Part shown: positions 59,190 through 64,000 of the stretch, piece after piece | How positions within the stretch are numbered: the stretch's first letter is position 1 | How the letters are laid out: each line of letters starts with the position of its first letter | Assembly (NCBI GenBank): GCA_017654855.1 | Contig: CM030335.1 | Coordinates: 1,860,001 to 1,924,000 of the forward strand | Length of the DNA: 64,000 bases | Source of the DNA: Podospora anserina | Lineage: Eukaryota | Reading direction: 5' to 3' | Position numbers and translations under genes: made by a program | Notes under the pieces: generated by a model | What the model was told of the DNA's origin: nothing | The model's database searches: none | The model's input: only the letters and a program-made list of their open reading frames with translations

Positions 59190-61164
59190 GGAGCACGCTA
59201 ACTACCGACCTATGCAATGGAGTCAACATCACGCACAACACCATCTCGGGACGGCCTGACCACATTCCCCCTCTTCCCATAGATGAGATGATGCATACAT
59301 CTCGGTGTTTACTTCCGTCACGCGGCAAGCCTGATCTGGGGATGCGATTAGGGTTATCCGAAGCTGGACTCGTCATATGTCGTTGACTACCCAGGATTTC
59401 AACAAGTCCAACATGGCTATTCAGCACCCACGGCCTGTTGCTCGGTTCGTTTGGATTATCAGGAGACATTAGTCCTGCAATGACCAGGGGTTTGCAAGTA
59501 TCTCTGGTTAAGACAGCTGGATGATCTCCGGACGAGGAGGGGAGAAGGCTTCGGCCGATAACCTCATCGGCCATGAGCATTTTGCTAAGCAAGAAAGAGC
59601 CATGTGAAAATGTCGCAGAGCCTCGGATCGAAATGTGAGCCTCAGGCTGAAAAATAAAAATAATAAAAATACGCCGACGACGGTCCGTAACAGTGGGGGA
59701 TGACAAAGCCACTGGACCTATTCCCGCCGCGAACCTGAGATTTCCTGTCTCAGGAGATCATCGAGGTCATTTGGGCATCTACACCTCCTACTCTGCAGGA
59801 ATCTTTTTGCAGCAAAAGCTGACAGGTAGTGTTCATTTGGTGTAACACTCCCAAGTAACTTTACCTACACATCGTGCTACCTTACTAACTTGGTAAGCTA
59901 CCTGGACAGGTCAGACGTAACCAGAACAGAACTCCTTAGCTCTCGAGAAGGGGTTTTTGATCGACTCCCCACATGTCTGTTCAGGTCACCCGGGGCCTTC
60001 TGGCTGGTAGTATCCGGCCTTATTTCTTGCATTCACCTTCGTCTCTAGCTGGGAAGTTCGGCCGGCCGAGCGAATCAAATGCTGCGGCCCGGACCAGGGG
60101 TTGTAGTTGACCCCTTCATCTAGTTGAACGTCTCCCATCATATCCATTTCTTAACCCCAGACCATTCGCTTCTTTCCGCATTTTGCCGCGCCTTGTCTTG
60201 GGAAGTCCCGAGGAGACTGCATTTGGATCGAGACGGACCAACATCACAGGATGCCTTTGAGCTCGCTCACCTGCCGTTATTCCCAACACCCTCAGCCGTG
60301 AGGCATGCCGTACTCGACTGAGCTATCGCTTTTTACCTCTGTTTCTTTCATGAAGAAACATGGAAACATGCTCAGCAATCGAAAATGGCTTGTTCACGCG
60401 GGAGTATCGATTATGTACTCGGGTAATGCGGGCGGAGCAACCGACGACGGGCCGGATCATGGCCAGGAATTCCGTCCAATGATTTGACTTCGTTCATGCT
60501 CCCTTCGATGGAACAAGTGCCAGTATCAAAGTTCCTCAGACATCAATCGCAAGACATAATCGGGGTTGATGGTTGTTTTTGGGATATACACCGGTATGGC
60601 GCCCGCGTACGTGTTCATTCGGGGTCGGGCGGTGGCCTGGCGGTAACCTCACATCTCAGTTGATGGCATGACTGAAGCTTGGCTTGCCGGAGGTCATGGT
60701 TACATGAGACAGTCATCAAGGGGCACTCGGGAACAAACTACACGGAAAATCACAGACACATGTTGCTTTTGCCCGGTACCGTGTGGCATTGACTAGCGTC
60801 GTCACCATCCATCCATGGCTGAGGTGGCTGGCCCCGAGGGCTTTGGTATTGGAACACAACATCGTCACTTTCTCCTCTTCCCCACCATCTCAGAACCATG
60901 CACGTGTGCGTTGGTGTTTTGTTTCACGGGCTCAGCAAGGCCAGGTTGTTGTGTCTTGTCCCGGCTCCCCGGAATGCTGAAGGTATGATTACCCCTGAGA
61001 CTGGCCAACCGGGGAATGACGAGAAACAAGGTTTCACTTTTGTCAACCACGGCAATTAGCCTCTGTGGACATATATAAAAGTTAATCGGAAGTAAGGGCA
61101 GGACAGACTTTTCTTTTCCGCTTCTCCTCCACGCACCGGCGGACGATAGGTGTTGTTGCTTGTC

Positions 61165-63857
61165 ATGCGTTTCAGCTCGTTGTTGGTGGCTGTTGCCACT
61201 GCTGCTTCGGCGGTGCAGGCTTTTTGGCTTGGAGATATTCCTCGTGAGCTTCTCTTTATCTGTTCTGATCAGGTTGAGGACAGCTGCTAACCTGCGAGGC
61301 AGATCGAGGCATTGCGCCGTTTGCTCAGCCAAACTATCCAGTCTTCCGCAATGTGAGGGACTATGGCGCCAGGGGTAAGACATCTTGAAGTTGCCAGAAG
61401 AGACGGAAAGCTAATTCGTGTTGTTAACAACAGGTGATGGAATAACTGACGATACTGCTGCTATCAATGCTGCCATCAATGCTGGGAATCCTTGCAACAG
61501 GGGATGTGTATGTCGAACTGTTGCGGGCCTACGCTCCGAGGAAGCAATGCTAACACACAAGAAAGGCATCCACTACCACAACTCCTGCAATTGTTTACTT
61601 CCCGGCAGGCACCTACCTCATCTCTTCCTCGATCCTGCCAGCGTACTTCACCCATCTTGTCGGGGATGCTTCCGCTCCACCTACCCTCAAGGCCACGGCC
61701 AACTTCCAGGGGTTCGGGCTGATCGACGGCAACCCGTACTACACCGAGGTTCTCAACTGGAAGGCGGTCAATGTCTTCTTCCGCCAGGTCCGCAACTTTG
61801 TCATCGACACCACTGCCATCGCCCCGGGGAGGGCAGCAACAGGCATGCACTGGCCTACCTCTCAGGCGACCAGTCTGCAGAACATCGTGTTCAACATGCC
61901 ATCCACGCCCGACGTCGTCCACGTTGGTCTGTTTATCGAGGAGGGTAGCGGAGGCATGATGGCCGATCTCACTTTCAACGGCGGCGCTACCGGTGCCAGC
62001 ATGGGCAACCAGCAATACACGATGCGGAACATGAAATTCAACAATTGCAAGACGGCCATCATCCAGATCTGGAACTGGGGCTGGACATACCATGGGCTGT
62101 CCATCAACAACTGCGGTGTCGGTCTTGACCTTTCTGCCGGCGGTCCAAGCAACATCAACGTTGGCTCCGTCACCCTCTTTGACAGCACCTTCAGCAACAC
62201 CCCGGTCGCCATCAAGACGGCCTGGACACCCTCCGCCAACCCCCCAACTGGGGGAAGTCTCGTCATCGAGAACATCCAACTCAACAACGTCGCCGTCGCA
62301 GTCCAAGGCCCAAGCGGGACCATGCTCGGCGGCACATCAGGCTCAACCACGATCCCAGCCTGGGCCCTAGGCCACCTCCTCGACCGCGGCACCAACGCCC
62401 CCCGTTTCTCGGGACCGATCAACCCCAACCCACGCCCTGCCTCCCTCCTGACCTCCGACGGGCGGTACTACGTCCGGTCCAAACCCCAATACGAATCCGT
62501 CCCCGCCTCGTCGTTCCTCTCGGTCCGCGCCTTTGGCGCCAGAGGCGACGCGGCAGCCGACGACACATCCGCTCTCCAAAACGCAATCAACACGGCCGTT
62601 GCCCAGAACAAGATTTTGCTTCTCGACCACGGCCTCTACCGCGTCACTTCCACCATCGTCATCCCCCCCTCTGCCAAGATCGTCGGGGAGGCCTACCCTG
62701 TTATTTTATCTTCTGGTGGTTACTTTAACGACATGAGCAACCCCCGGCCTGTTGTTCAGGTGGGGACGACGTCTGGTCAGCAGGGGTATGTCGAGCTGAG
62801 TGATTTCATCGTCGCCACGCAGAATGCGCAGGCTGGGGCGATTTGCATAGAGTATAACCTTGCCACCAATGGGGGCCAGCCGAGTGGCATGTGGGATGTG
62901 CACGTGCGGATTGGGGGGTTTACGGGCACGCAGCAGCAGATTGGGCAGTGTTTGAAGAAGCCGGGGAATGGGAGTGTCGATCGGAACTGTGTTGTGGCGT
63001 TCATGGCGATGCATGTCACCAAGGGGGCGAGGGGGTTGTACATGGAGAATGTTTGGCTGTGGTGAGCACACACCGACCCACCTACCTACCTACCCACCCA
63101 CCTACCTACCTACCTACCTACTTACCTTCCTACCTACCTTCCTACCTACCTTCCTACCTACCTTCCTACCGTCAAGGGGCGATAAATGCTGACTGAGATG
63201 GCGATGATGATAGGACGGCGGATCACGATATCGATGAGCAGTTGAACACTCAGATTACGATTTATACTGGTCGTGGACTGCGTAAGGTCTCCTCATCTGT
63301 ACGCTGTTGGATTGTGTGTTGCTGACAACAAAAAAGTAATCGAATCCACCACCGGCCCCCTCTGGCTCTGGGGGACAGGCTCAGAACACCACGTCCTCTA
63401 CCAATACCAGCTCACCTCCACCTCGGACATCTTCCTCGGCCAGATCCAGACCGAGTCGCCTTATTTCGCTCCCGTTCCCAACTCCCTTGTTCCGTTCCCG
63501 CCCGTGGCGAAGTACTCCGACCCCGACTACCGCGCTCAATGTGTGGGGATCGCGGGGAACTGCCCGGCGGCGTGGGGATTGAGGGTGATGAGCAGCAGGA
63601 ATGTGTTGGTTTACGGGGCGGGGTTGTATTCTTTCTTTGATAATTACTCCACGGCTTGCAGCACGTTTGATGCGGGGCAGACGTGCCAGCAGAGGATCAC
63701 GAGCGTGGAGGGGAGGGCGGAGAATGTGGCGGTTTATAACCTCAACACGATCGGGACGAGGGAGATGGTGACGAGGGATGGGGGGATGGTGGGGGGCAGT
63801 GGGTGGGCGGAGAACAGGAACACTTTTGCGAGTAATGTTGGGGTTTATAGGGCTTAG
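61165..63857 (+). CDS. Secreted GH55 beta-1,3-glucanase. Exons 61165-61243, 61303-61374, 61434-61507, 61566-63061, 63214-63281, 63337-63857
   Basis: Signal peptide MRFSSLLVAVATAASAVQA. FRNVRDYGARGDGITDDTAAIN, VYFPAGTY, HWPTSQATSLQN, second GARGD repeat, GMWDVHVRIGG, ENVWLWTADHD, EHHVLYQY, IQTESPY. Confidence 0.95.
63076..63170. repeat. Compound (CCTA)n/(CCTT) microsatellite in GH55 intron 4
   Basis: Directly visible; makes up most of the 152-nt intron. Confidence 0.93.
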
Positions 63858-64000
63858 TTTGCATAGAGATCATGTAGGGGGGTTTGGGGGTCGAGGGGTT
63901 GGTCAAGGGAGGTAGATTTTCAACGCTGGAGCTGGGGGTGGGAGGTAAGTTTGATGTTGATGCTGGAGTTGGATGACATAAATTGGAATACATCATACTG

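Noticed and set aside
59086-59712. 208-aa minus-strand ORF
   Set aside because: GTG start, extended by the (GA)36 run, no protein-like motifs.

Overview
A 64-kb window of eukaryotic (filamentous ascomycete) chromosome. Intron signals, codon usage, RIP-mutated repeats and LTR structure point to Sordariales, probably the Podospora anserina species complex (inference, not checked). It holds 13 mostly intron-containing genes: a WD40-like protein, ATP-dependent PEP carboxykinase, a CYP52-clan-like P450, a SAM-methyltransferase-like protein, a divergent centrin, BUD22, an F-box-like/SIM protein, HSE1, ATG13, an ankyrin-RCC1-BTB protein, the mitochondrial 2-oxodicarboxylate carrier, a C2H2 transcription factor and a GH55 glucanase. 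There are also two identical tRNA-Thr(AGT) genes. A ~10-kb AT-rich island (19.5-29.4 kb) resolves to the base into three nested elements: a RIP-inactivated Fot1/pogo DNA transposon, a nearly unmutated solo LTR in its transposase gene, and a full-length RIP-mutated Ty3/Gypsy chromovirus in its right TIR. The most interesting signal is between the retroelement's chromodomain and its 3' LTR: an antisense, apparently spliced gene whose RIP-reverted sequence has Zn(II)2Cys6 spacing followed by a coiled coil. The two LTR types share only the 190 bp from the TATA box onward and carry different upstream tandem repeats. Other points: three in-frame starts for PEPCK (a mitochondrial-presequence-like extension and an intron-split ATG), CGG-N7-CGG motifs upstream of PEPCK, an AUG-stop element before ATG13, and a GC-AG intron plus an 11-nt microexon in the ODC gene. 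All exon models and de-RIP reconstructions were read by eye; no searches were run.
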